A stretch of DNA of 63,594 nucleotides, counting the filler, from Chiloscyllium plagiosum (Eukaryota): the NCBI RefSeq assembly GCF_004010195.1. It is 4 parts of one record of this genome, joined end to end, with 100 filler letters (N's around TTAATTAATTAA, not from the genome) between each part and the next. Parts side by side here need not be neighbours in the genome. Positions count along the whole stretch, not along the records: positions 1 to 27,299 come from NC_057717.1; positions 27,400 to 49,167 come from NC_057717.1; 2 more parts are not named here. One strand, given 5' to 3'. The notes below the pieces were generated by a model. It saw nothing but the letters and a program-made list of their open reading frames with translations, was not told the origin of the DNA and ran no database searches. The position numbers and the translations under genes are program-made. This document shows positions 24,489 through 34,784 of the stretch, in pieces (position 1 is the stretch's first letter; each line of letters begins with the position of its first letter).

Positions 24489-25210
24489 CAGCACTTAATG
24501 GTAAGGTCCTGAGGAGTGTTACTGAACAAAGAGACCTTGGAGTGCAGGTAGATAGGATTGTGAAGGCGGCATTTGGTCTGCTTTCCTTTATCGGACAAAG
24601 TATTGAGCACAGGAGTTGTGAGGTCATGTTAGGGCTGTACAGGGTATTGGTTAGGCCATTTTTGGAACGTTGCGTCCAAATCTGGTCTCCCTCCTATTGG
24701 AAGGATGTTGTGAAACTTGAAAGGGTTCAGAAAAGATTTACAAGAATGTTGCCAGGTTTGGAGGATTTCAGATCGGCTGGGGGTTGAATAAAGGTTGAAT
24801 AGACTGGGGCTGTTTTCCCTGCAGCGTCGGAGGCTGAGAGGTGATCTTATCTATGTATATAAAAACATGAGTTGCATGAATAGGATAAATAGACAAAGTC
24901 TTTTCCCTGGCGTGGGGGATCCCAGCACTAGAGGGCATAGGTTTATGGTATGAGGGGAAAGACTTTAAAGAGACTTGAGAGGCAACGTTTTCACACAGAG
25001 GGTGGTACGTGTATGAAATGAGCTGCCAGAGGAAGTGGTGGAGGCCATTACGATTGCAAAATTTAAAAGACATCTTCATGTGTATATGAATAGGAAGGAT
25101 ATGGGCTGGTTGCTGACAGGCGGGACTAGATTGCATTGGGATATCTGATCAGCATGTACTGGTTGGACCGACGGGTCTCTGTTTCTGTGCTGTCCATCGA
25201 TGACTCTTTG
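24489..25210 (+). mobile_element. CR1 LINE 3' end
   Basis: LNGKVLRSVTEQRDLGVQV...LVRPFLERCVQIWSPSYWKDVVKLERVQKRFTRMLPGLE followed by 3' UTR. Confidence 0.9.
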
Positions 25211-25329
25211 ATTTTCCAGCCAATTCCTTATCCAAACAGTCAGTTCCGCCAGAATTTTATGGTGTTGAACCTGCTAACCAGTGTGTTATGTGAAACTTTG
25301 TGTCTTTCTCGAGCCCAAGTTACTGATTT

Positions 25330-26080
25330 CAATGCACAAAGCCATGCTGACTCTCCCTAATCATTTCTTGCCTTTCCAATGACATGTAAATCCTGTCCCT
25401 GAGAATCCCTTCCAACAACTTCTCTGCCACTGACGTCATGCTCACTGGTCTATAGTTCCCTGGCTTTACCTTACCATCTTTCTCAAATAATGGCACCCAT
25501 CTGTGGCGATCGATGATACAAATATCGCAGCAAGGGGCCCAGCAACAGCTTCCCTAATTACCCACAAAGTTCTGGGATACACCTGATCAGATTCCAGGGA
25601 TTAATCCACCTTTATGCATTTTAAGAAATGCAGTACCTCCTCCTCTGTAATATGTACACTTGCCAAGTTATCACTATTTATTTCTCCAATTTCTCTAACT
25701 TCCATATCCCCTTTCAGTAAAAACTGACATGAAATACTTACAGAATCTCTCCCACCTCCTGCTGTTCCATAGACAGTCTTGTTGATCTTTGAGGGTCGCT
25801 ATTCTCTGTCTTTAGTGAATTTGTGGAATCTCTTTGGATTCTCCTTAAACCTATTTCCCAAAGCTATCTCATGTCCCCTTTTTTGCCTCCTGGTTTCGCG
25901 AGAGTATACTCCTACTGCCCTTATAGTCCTCTAGGGATTCACACAAACACAGTGGTCTGTACCTGCCATATCCTTCCTTCATTTTCTTGACCAGAGCCTC
26001 AATTTCGCGGGTCATGCAGCATTCTCAACGCCTCCCAGCGTACACAGACAGGAACATACTGTCTGTGTACTCTCATTGTC
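25330..26080 (-). mobile_element. CR1 LINE ORF2 fragment
   Basis: Reverse complement encodes KPGNYRPVS.TSV..KLLEGILRDRI and DQVYPRTLW-like motifs. Confidence 0.82.
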
Positions 26081-26139
26081 GCAGGCCTATGGAGGCAATG
26101 GCAGATGAGGAAAGAGAAACAATAATTATCAGTAAAGTG

Positions 26140-26340
26140 GTAGTGTTCTGAAAGCTGACAACTCATCCTTATCTCTATAATTCCTCTCTAGCCTCAGAAC
26201 TATCACTATCTCTGCATCAAAAACATCTCAATCTCTGCAACATCCTCCAATCTCTAATCTCCTCCAGACTCAACACCCTCTCTATCTTCAATCATGTCCA
26301 CCCTCACAAATCTCTGTGATGTGCCTTTCTTTAATTCCAG
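26140..26340 (+). repeat. C/T-rich degenerate tract of the ctctgtaacctcctccag type
   Basis: Variants tctctataattcctc, tctctgcaacatcctccaa, tctctaatctcctccag. Confidence 0.45.
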
Positions 26341-27299
26341 CCTTCAGGATAACCCATTTTTATTTCAGATTCCTGCACCCAGAGCTCCACAATGTCCCGC
26401 TTAACTTCTGTCACATTTTTCTCCAAAAAACATTAATCAATCACGTATCATCTATTCTAATATCACCTTCTCTGACCTGGTTTCTATTGTGGCTTGTCAT
26501 ATTCCTATATTACTCGTCTGTGGTCTACATGACAGAAAACGGTTTTGTGGTCCATTGGGTTTATGCTGTAAAGAAAACTCCCAGCTAACTATTTTAATCC
26601 CATTTTCCAGCACAGAGCCCATAGACCTGTCAGCCTTGGCCTTGCACGTATGTTCCTAAATAGATTTTAAATGCCATCGGGATTTCTGTCTCTCCCTCTC
26701 TTCCAGACAGTGAGGTTTAGTGCAACTGTTGCTCTATGATGTCACCCACACGTTTCAGAGCAGCTGGGTCTGTGCGAACCATAGATCACCCACACATTGT
26801 GATGGATGGCAGTGTCCCTGAGAGGGGGCACAGGAGATTAACCAGGATGGTTCAAGGAATGGGGGATTTTAGTTGCAGAATTTCTGGGGCTTTTTTAACA
26901 TTAATTGTTCATGTGACATGTGTGTTGCTAATACAAATCAAGAAAACCATCCACAATTACTGGACTCTCCTTTTCAACCTCTCCCTTTGCTTGCGCTGTG
27001 GTAATATTCAGGTTAACCACTACCAGACATCTATCTCTAATGAGAGAGCAGTCCTATGGTCGGGTAGGACAATGCTGACTTGATCTTTTACACAGTGATG
27101 CCACTGTGCCTCGAGAGTGGGGAGAGGGAATGCTGAAGGTAGTGGATCGTAAACCACTCATGTACAGTGCTTTATCCTGGAGGATGTTCACTTTCTTTAA
27201 TATTGCTGGGGGGGGGGGGGGGTGCACTGATGCAGACAAGTGGAGAATGTTCCAACACAACCCTGATGTGTACCTTATAGAGAGCAAACAGACATTGGG

Positions 27300-27399
27300 N
27301 NNNNNNNNNNNNNNNNNNNNNNNNNNNNNNNNNNNNNNNNNNNTTAATTAATTAANNNNNNNNNNNNNNNNNNNNNNNNNNNNNNNNNNNNNNNNNNNN
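27300..27399. other. Artificial scaffold-concatenation spacer 1
   Basis: 44 N + TTAATTAATTAA (27344-27355) + 44 N; identical to spacers 2 and 3; stops in all six frames. Confidence 0.95.
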
Positions 27400-27414
27400 C
27401 CTAGTCAATAGTAG

Positions 27415-27995
27415 TGATGGACAATTAAACAACTCACTGGAGGAAGTATCACAGATATCCCCACCCTTACCGATGGAGGGGTCTCACACATTCATGCAAC
27501 AGATAAGAGGACAGCATTAGCAGCGATTTTCAGCTAGCAGTGCCAAGTAGATGAGCCTTCTCCATTGGTCCCTGACATCACAGATATGAATCGATTTGGT
27601 TGAAAACTCATTTCAAATCAGATCAAGAAATGGTTAAGCACTGTAAAGGTATGGGCCCTGCCAATATTCTGGCAATAATACTGATGGCTGTGGTCCAGAA
27701 CCTCCTGCCCACCAAGGCAGGTACTGCTCCAGCACTGGCACCTACTGACTTTGTGGAACATTGCTCAGGGATGTTCCAACACAAAAACACAGGGCAGATC
27801 CAACTCAGCCAATTCCCCTCCATCAGTCTACACTCGCTCAGCAGTGAAGTGATGGAAGGTGTCATCAACAGTGCTGTCAAGCACCTGCTCAGCAATAACC
27901 TGCTCAGCGATGCCCAGTTTGGGTTCTGCCAGGGCCACTCAGCTCCTGAGCTTGTTACAGACTTGATTCACAAACTGACAAACAGCTAAATGAAG
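27415..27995 (+). mobile_element. LINE RT fragment of a CR1-group family different from the dominant one
   Basis: KGMGPANILAIIL and PSISLHSLSSEVMEGVINSAVKHLLSNNLLSDAQFGFCQGHSAPELVTDL (decayed GPD.IP, RPISLL and QFGFR motifs). Confidence 0.8.
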
Positions 27996-28029
27996 TGAGG
28001 ATGACAGGCCAGACCCCCTCCAAGACGAC

Positions 28030-28600
28030 TATTTCGACTTCAGTGATATCACCTGACCTTACCACAGTCTCAGATCATTTGCTGAAACTCTCATTCATTC
28101 CTTTTGTTAAGTCTAGATTTCATTATCTAAACCCACTCCTGGCCAGCATCCCACATTCGCCCTCCCGATAATCTCAAGAATATTGAAAACTCTACTGCTG
28201 AAGTGCTCACTTTTACCAAAACTTGCTGATCAATCAAAATACTCCCATTTATAAGCAACAACAATTTACTTTCGTACCTTTGAATTAATTCCTGGATGTA
28301 AGCATTCCTATCTCCTTGCACCACACACCCTTTCATATCACAGTAACTCATTTTAGTTGAGACTCTCAATGGTGTGTTTATTTTTGAGTTCACCTGTCTG
28401 ACTGTTTCTATAGACTCCAAGGGAACATGATCTGGAATCCCCACTCTAACCCTCTAAGATCTACTTTCTTCCTTTAAGGCATTCTTGAAAAACTGCTTAT
28501 TTGGCAATGGTTTTGGTCACTGGACTCAATATTCTCCATCTGTAGCCTTATGTCAAAAGTTCTCAATAATATGTTTGTGAAATTAAAACCATGATGATTT
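28030..28600 (+). mobile_element. L2-type LINE C-terminal fragment, old
   Basis: From 28081 reads approximately AETLIHSFVKSRFHYLNPLLASIP (allowing a 1-nt indel), then IENSTAEVL; resembles L2 ETLIHAFVTSRLDY.N.LLAGLP...QNSAARVL. Confidence 0.65.
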
Positions 28601-28722
28601 GTACAGATATCTTCTCCTCTTCGAAAAAGAATTCTTGTCTGTCAAAGATATTGTGGAAAAAATAACCTGATAATGGAACAGCATATGGTCAGGAGCCGGG
28701 CAGCAGTGGACAATTCATTTAC

Positions 28723-28758
28723 ATTCCTGAAGAAGGGCTTATGCCCGAAACGTTGATT
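28723..28758 (+). ncRNA. Minimal hammerhead ribozyme motif
   Basis: attc-CTGAAGA-a-GGGC[ttat]GCCC-GAAA-CGTT-gatt: core 28727-28733, 4-bp stem II, GAAA 28747-28750, palindromic ACGT, weak stem I. Confidence 0.75.
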
Positions 28759-28814
28759 CTCCTGTTCCTCGGATGCTGCCTGGCCTGCTGTGTTTTTCCA
28801 ACTCTACGTTTTTT
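28724..28814 (+). mobile_element. 91-bp hammerhead-headed short insertion with perfect 13-bp TSD
   Basis: Flanked by caattcatttaca at 28711-28723 and 28815-28827; body matches the 19613-19707 element. Confidence 0.9.
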
Positions 28815-28994
28815 CAATTCATTTACAAAACAGCTGTGAAAGTAATAGTAAAATACTATACAGAGCAAAAATACACCCATGAGAGACTGAGGAAGCTAGA
28901 TAATGAACAGGTGGACATCAGAGAACCCAGAGGTGAACCAGAGCAAAGTTCACTTTTATGATCCCACAGTCAAAGATGTCTAGAACAGAAACAG

Positions 28995-29879
28995 ACTTCT
29001 TCGGTCCAATCTATGCCAATCAGACATCCTAACCTAATCTATCTAAATTAAATCCTATCTGCCACTCCTCAGCCCATTGGCCCCTCTGATCAATATCCCA
29101 CTGTACTCTGAGATAACCTTCTTCATTATCCATAATACCTCCAATTTTAGTGTCATCTGCAAACTTACTAACTATACGGCCTCTGTTCACATCCAAATCA
29201 TTTAAATGAATGACGAAACAAATCCAGAAAAAAAATTACATTTCTCTGGGTTTGAATGTGCTCTGTGTAAATCCTGCCCTATGACTCTTTTTACGAGGGA
29301 AGGTTGTGCATACACCCCTCTGAACTTTGCCCCCTACAAACCTGGCGGCCGCGCACGTGTCCAGTGAATCATTGCCCCGAATAAAGATGGCGGCGCTCAC
29401 TCGGGCCGATTACTCAACGAGGCATATTCCCGTTTGCTGCAAAAACGGGACTGTAAGTTTCAAATTTGTATTTTCCGATGTGTACCAAATGATTGTAAAA
29501 CCTCTCAGACATACCAACACCATTTCCCTCCCGCTTCCTGCTGTTTATTTCTTTCCTTACCGACAGCCCTCCGCGCACACACACTCCGAACATCCGCGCG
29601 CACCGCGGGGTTGATCACGTGGTATAGTCTGGTCCCGCCCTCATTCACTGATTGGTCGGTGGACCAACTGCCCCGCCAGGTCTTTCAGCTCCTCCCCTGC
29701 CTTTCCATTGGTCCGCCGCTGACATCAATCACTTCTTCGGTCCAACCTGTCGATGACAACCAGATATCCTAACCTAATCTATCTAAAGTAAATCCTATCT
29801 GCCACTTCTCAGCCCATTGGCCCATCTGATCAATATCCCATTGTATTCTGAGATAACCTTCTTCATTGTCCACAATACC
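28995..29879. repeat. Pair of about 145-bp direct repeats (28995-29139 and 29731-29879), an internally deleted CR1 piece
   Basis: Both read acttcttcggtccaa...atcctaacctaatctatctaaa.taaatcctatctgccact...gagataaccttcttcatt.tcca.aatacc and share the same 3'UTR-to-RT deletion junction. Confidence 0.85.
29335..29730 (-). promoter_or_regulatory. CpG-rich promoter/first-exon-like module
   Basis: Local CpG cluster; YY1-type AAGATGGCGGC 29384-29394; ETS-type CAGGAAGCGG (minus) 29531-29540; E-box CACGTG 29616-29621; GC boxes 29634-29640 and 29671-29677; CCAAT on minus at 29651-29655 and 29707-29711; minus-strand donor tcg|GTAAGG at 29560. Confidence 0.6.
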
Positions 29880-29950
29880 AACTGTTGACTGGAGCTTGCG
29901 CACTGCTTCGTGGCTTTTGTTGCTATTTCTCAGTTACAAGAGTGAGGGAC

Positions 29951-30029
29951 AAAGTTAAAAATCACACAACCACCTGATGAAGGACCAGCAAAGTAGTGCT
30001 TCCAAATAAACCTGTTGGATTATAACCTG
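29951..30029 (+). mobile_element. Short repeat carrying a broken hammerhead-like motif (third sequence type)
   Basis: cac-CTGATGA-a-ggaccagc-aaagta-gtg: core 29974-29980 and cac/gtg stem I are present, but the 3' strand of stem II and the G of GAAA are missing; runs into a gap. Confidence 0.45.
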
Positions 30030-31013
30030 NNNNNNNNNNNNNNNNNNNNNNNNNNNNNNNNNNNNNNNNNNNNNNNNNNNNNNNNNNNNNNNNNNNNNNN
30101 NNNNNNNNNNNNNNNNNNNNNNNNNNNNNNNNNNNNNNNNNNNNNNNNNNNNNNNNNNNNNNNNNNNNNNNNNNNNNNNNNNNNNNNNNNNNNNNNNNNN
30201 NNNNNNNNNNNNNNNNNNNNNNNNNNNNNNNNNNNNNNNNNNNNNNNNNNNNNNNNNNNNNNNNNNNNNNNNNNNNNNNNNNNNNNNNNNNNNNNNNNNN
30301 NNNNNNNNNNNNNNNNNNNNNNNNNNNNNNNNNNNNNNNNNNNNNNNNNNNNNNNNNNNNNNNNNNNNNNNNNNNNNNNNNNNNNNNNNNNNNNNNNNNN
30401 NNNNNNNNNNNNNNNNNNNNNNNNNNNNNNNNNNNNNNNNNNNNNNNNNNNNNNNNNNNNNNNNNNNNNNNNNNNNNNNNNNNNNNNNNNNNNNNNNNNN
30501 NNNNNNNNNNNNNNNNNNNNNNNNNNNNNNNNNNNNNNNNNNNNNNNNNNNNNNNNNNNNNNNNNNNNNNNNNNNNNNNNNNNNNNNNNNNNNNNNNNNN
30601 NNNNNNNNNNNNNNNNNNNNNNNNNNNNNNNNNNNNNNNNNNNNNNNNNNNNNNNNNNNNNNNNNNNNNNNNNNNNNNNNNNNNNNNNNNNNNNNNNNNN
30701 NNNNNNNNNNNNNNNNNNNNNNNNNNNNNNNNNNNNNNNNNNNNNNNNNNNNNNNNNNNNNNNNNNNNNNNNNNNNNNNNNNNNNNNNNNNNNNNNNNNN
30801 NNNNNNNNNNNNNNNNNNNNNNNNNNNNNNNNNNNNNNNNNNNNNNNNNNNNNNNNNNNNNNNNNNNNNNNNNNNNNNNNNNNNNNNNNNNNNNNNNNNN
30901 NNNNNNNNNNNNNNNNNNNNNNNNNNNNNNNNNNNNNNNNNNNNNNNNNNNNNNNNNNNNNNNNNNNNNNNNNNNNNNNNNNNNNNNNNNNNNNNNNNNN
31001 NNNNNNNNNNNNN

Positions 31014-31290
31014 TGCGTGGCACCTTGTTGAAGGCCTTTTGGAAATCCAGGTACACCACATCCACTGGGGCCCCGTTGTCCACCTTGCTCGAAATGTCTT
31101 CATAGAGTTCCAAACGATTTGTCAAGCATGACCTAGCCTTCATGAATCCATGCTCTGTTTGCCCAATAGGACAATTTCCATCGAGATTCCCTGCTATTTC
31201 TTCCTTGATAATAGACCCAAGCATCTTTCCAACTACAGAGAATAAACTAACTGGTGTAGAATTCCCTATGTTTTGTCCACCGCCTTTTCT
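31014..31290 (-). mobile_element. CR1 LINE RT fragment
   Basis: EHGFMKARSCLTNRLELYED...VDVVYLDFQKAFNKVP. Confidence 0.9.
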
Positions 31291-32786
31291 TACAGTCCTT
31301 CCTTTTCACTGGAATATGCCTTTGTTGAGCACTTCCTAAAATGTCTTTGAAAATCTGCAGTGAGGAACGATCACTCAGTGCACAGAGCAGGGAGCAATGA
31401 GAGGGCTCCAAACATCGCTAACAGGACATGACACAGATACAGTGCTGGAGGGTGAGCACAGTACAGTGCAGACACACCCCAGACTCAATCACCAGCTCTA
31501 CTTTAATTTACGTTGCACTGAGACAGCATGGGGGGTTCATAGTTATCAATCCAGGCCTGTGCTGTCTTAGTGAGCATCAGGACAACAGAGGGGCCAGCAG
31601 GCCTCCGACGAGAGGTTGTGAGTGCTGCCTGGGATCTTTCTGTTCTATGTTCTCCCTCCATCACTGTGCTAAGACTCACTACTCTGCAACTCTGTGCCTT
31701 TGGCATGGCCTGTGCACCAGTGTCTTCAGTAATTTTTAACTCCTATAATAGTTCCTGTCCCTGTAACTACCTCCCTTCCCGATAGTCCTCCACATATTTG
31801 AAATGTACTGCATTCCAGACTACCATCCTTATCGCTGGAAATTGCTTCAGTCTCTACAACATGCTTTATTTCGGTACTGTAATCCTCTTTAACTGGACAC
31901 AGAGTGATACAGCACGGAAACAGAACCTGTGGTACAACTCATCAATGCTGCCCATGTTTCCTATGATGAATGAGTCTCCTTTGCCTGCGTTCGGCCCTTA
32001 GCTCTTCAAACCTTCTCCCCTCCATGTACCTGTCCAAATGTCTTTTCCATGTTGTAATTGTTTTTGTTTCTCCCATGTTCCCCTGGAGGTCTGTGCACCA
32101 TCCGCTGTGGATAATGTTGCCCCTCAGCTCCCTCTTTAAATCTTTGCTCTCTCACGTCCCGTTTGTACTCTCGAGTTTTGGACTCCCTTACACTTGGCAA
32201 TTCACCTTTCTTAGGCCTAATCCTTGTATCACTCCACTGATCACAGACCTCCAGTCTGATAAGCAAACCTCCACCACCACCCTCTGTCTTCTACCTTTGA
32301 GCCCGTTCTGTATCCAAATAGCTAGTTCTCCCTGTATTCCGTGAGATCGAATCTTGCTAATCAGGCTTCCATGGGGAAACTTGTCGAATGCCTTACTGAA
32401 GTTCATATAGATCACATCTACCGCTCAGCCCTCTTCAATCCTCGTTGATACTTCTTCAAAAAACTCAATCAATTTTGTGAGACATGATCTCCCACGCACA
32501 AATCTCTATCTCTAATCAGTCCTTGCTTTTTCAAATACATGTACATCCTGTCCCTCAGGATTCCCTCCAACAACTTGCCCACCACCGACGTCAGGCTCAC
32601 TGCTCTATAATTCCATGGCTTGTCATTACATCTCTTCTTAAACAGTGGCACCACGTTAGCCGATTTCCAGTCTTCCGGCACCTCACCTGTGACTATCGAT
32701 GATACAAATATTTCAACAAAAGGCCCAGTAATCACTTCTCTAGCTTCCCACAGAGTTCGAGGGTACACCTGATCAGGTCCTGGGAA

Positions 32787-34481
32787 TTTATCCACCTTTA
32801 TGCATTTCAAGACATCCAGCACTTGCTCCTCTGTAATATGGACATTTTGTAAGGTGTCACCATCTATTTCCCTACATTTTATATCTTCCATATCCTTTTC
32901 CACAGTAAAACCTGATGCAAAATATTCATTTAGTATCTCTGTCTTTTAAACGTTGTAAACATCCACCCTTCCTCAGGAAGTTCATTCCACAATTAAAACA
33001 TCCTCTGTGTAACAATTTGCCCCCATGTGTTTTTTTTGAACATCTCTCTCTTCTAACCTTAAAAATGTGGTCCCTCCTCTTGAGACTCCCCCATCCTACG
33101 GAAAAGGCAACTACCATTAAATCAATCTATATCGCATTGTTAAAAATAAACTTTTATAACATCACATCTCAAACTCCAGGCTCCAGTTTAAAAAAGACTC
33201 AGCCTATCCAGCCATTTTTCAGAACTCAAGCCTTCCATATCCAACAATGTCCTGGTAAATCTCTGCTGAACACCCTGCAGCTTAATAATATCCTCCCTAT
33301 AACTGGGCGACGAGAACTCGACAGAGTAGTGCAGAAGAGACCTCATAAATGTCTGAACAACCTAAACATGACGTCCCAAATCCTCCACTCAATGGACTGA
33401 GCAATAGTCAAGCATGCCAAGCAGTGCCTTATCCATCCTGTGATGCAAACTTCAAGATTTATGTACATGAACCCGGAGGTCCCTCTGCACTAAAACACGA
33501 ACCGAGGACCGAACATTAATTGTATAAACTCTACCCTTGTTTGTTTTACCAAGTGCACTACCTCGCATTTATTCAGGTTGAATACCATCTACAGTTTTTC
33601 AGCCCATTCACCCATTTCATCAAGATCCCTTTTTTATCCACCTTTATGCATTTCAAGACATCCAGCACTTGCTCCTCTGTAATATGGGCATTTTGTAAGG
33701 TGTCACCATCTATTTCCCTACATTTTATATCTTCCATATCCTTTTCCACAGTAAAAACTGATGCAAAATATTCATTTAGTATCTCTGTCTTTTAAACGTT
33801 GTAAACGTCCACCCTTCCTCAGGAAGTTCATTCCACAATTAAAACATCCTCTGTGTAACAATTTGCCCCCATGTGTTTTTTTTTTTGAACGTCTCTCTCT
33901 TCTAACCTTAAAAATGTGGTCCCTCCTCTTGAGACTCCTCCATCCTACGGAAAAGGCAACTACCATTAAATCGATCTATATCGCATTTTTAAAAATAAAC
34001 TTTTATAACATCACATCTCAAACTCCAGGCTCCAGTGAAAAAAGACTCAGCCTATCCAGCCATTTTTCAGAACTCAAGCCTTCCATATCCAACAATGTCC
34101 TGGTAAATCTCTGCTGAACACCCTGCAGCTTAATAATATCCTCCCTATAACTGGGCGACCAGAACTCGACAGAGTAGTGCAGAAGAGACCTCATAAATGT
34201 CTGAACAACCTAAACATGACGTCCCAAATCCTCCACTCAATGGACTGAGCAATAGTCAGGCATGCCAAGCAGTGCCTTATCCATCCTGTGATGCAAACTT
34301 CAAAATTTATCTACATGAACCCGGAGGTCCCTCTGCACTAAAACACTAACCGAGGACCGAACATTAATTGTATAAACTCTACCCTTGTTTGTTTTACCAA
34401 GTGCACTACCTCGCATTTATTCAGGTTGAATACCATCTACAGTTTTTCAGCCCATTCACCCATTTCATCAAGATCCCTTTA
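32787..34481 (+). repeat. Tandem duplication of about 846 bp (32787-33632 and 33633-34481), specific to copy B
   Basis: tttatccacctttatgcatttcaagacatcc starts at 32787 and 33633; TTTAT microhomology at both ends; single copy in A and C. Confidence 0.93.
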
Positions 34482-34706
34482 TAATCTCAAAAAATCTCCT
34501 TCACTGCCCATTATGCCGCCTCGAGCCTTTCCAGCACATCACACATGGCTGTCAATGGTACAAACATCTTTGCTCGCGGCTCCACAATTTCTACCGTAGC
34601 ATCGCACAATGTCCTGTGATACACTTAATCAGGTCCTGGGTCTTTCCATTCCTTTGTGTTGTAAAATCTCCAGCACCACGTCTTCTAAACCATGCACTCT
34701 TTTTAA

Positions 34707-34784
34707 GTCATAGAGATGGGCAGCATGGAAACAGACCCGTTGGTCGTCATAGAGATGGGCAGCATGGAAACAGACCCGTTGGTC
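34707..34784 (+). repeat. Perfect 39-bp tandem duplication
   Basis: gtcatagagatgggcagcatggaaacagacccgttggtc occurs twice, at a CR1 3' end. Confidence 0.95.

Noticed and set aside
24072..25210. Twin-priming inversion of one CR1
   Set aside because: The opposite-strand pieces overlap in LINE coordinates and differ in sequence, which fits two separate copies better.
27208..27223. Poly-G run (and poly-C near 59739-59750) as a regulatory G-quadruplex
   Set aside because: Isolated homopolymers with no supporting context; the poly-C is absent from the paralogs and looks like local slippage.
34707..34784. CRISPR-like repeat
   Set aside because: Two adjacent copies with no spacer, inside a CR1 3' UTR, in vertebrate DNA.
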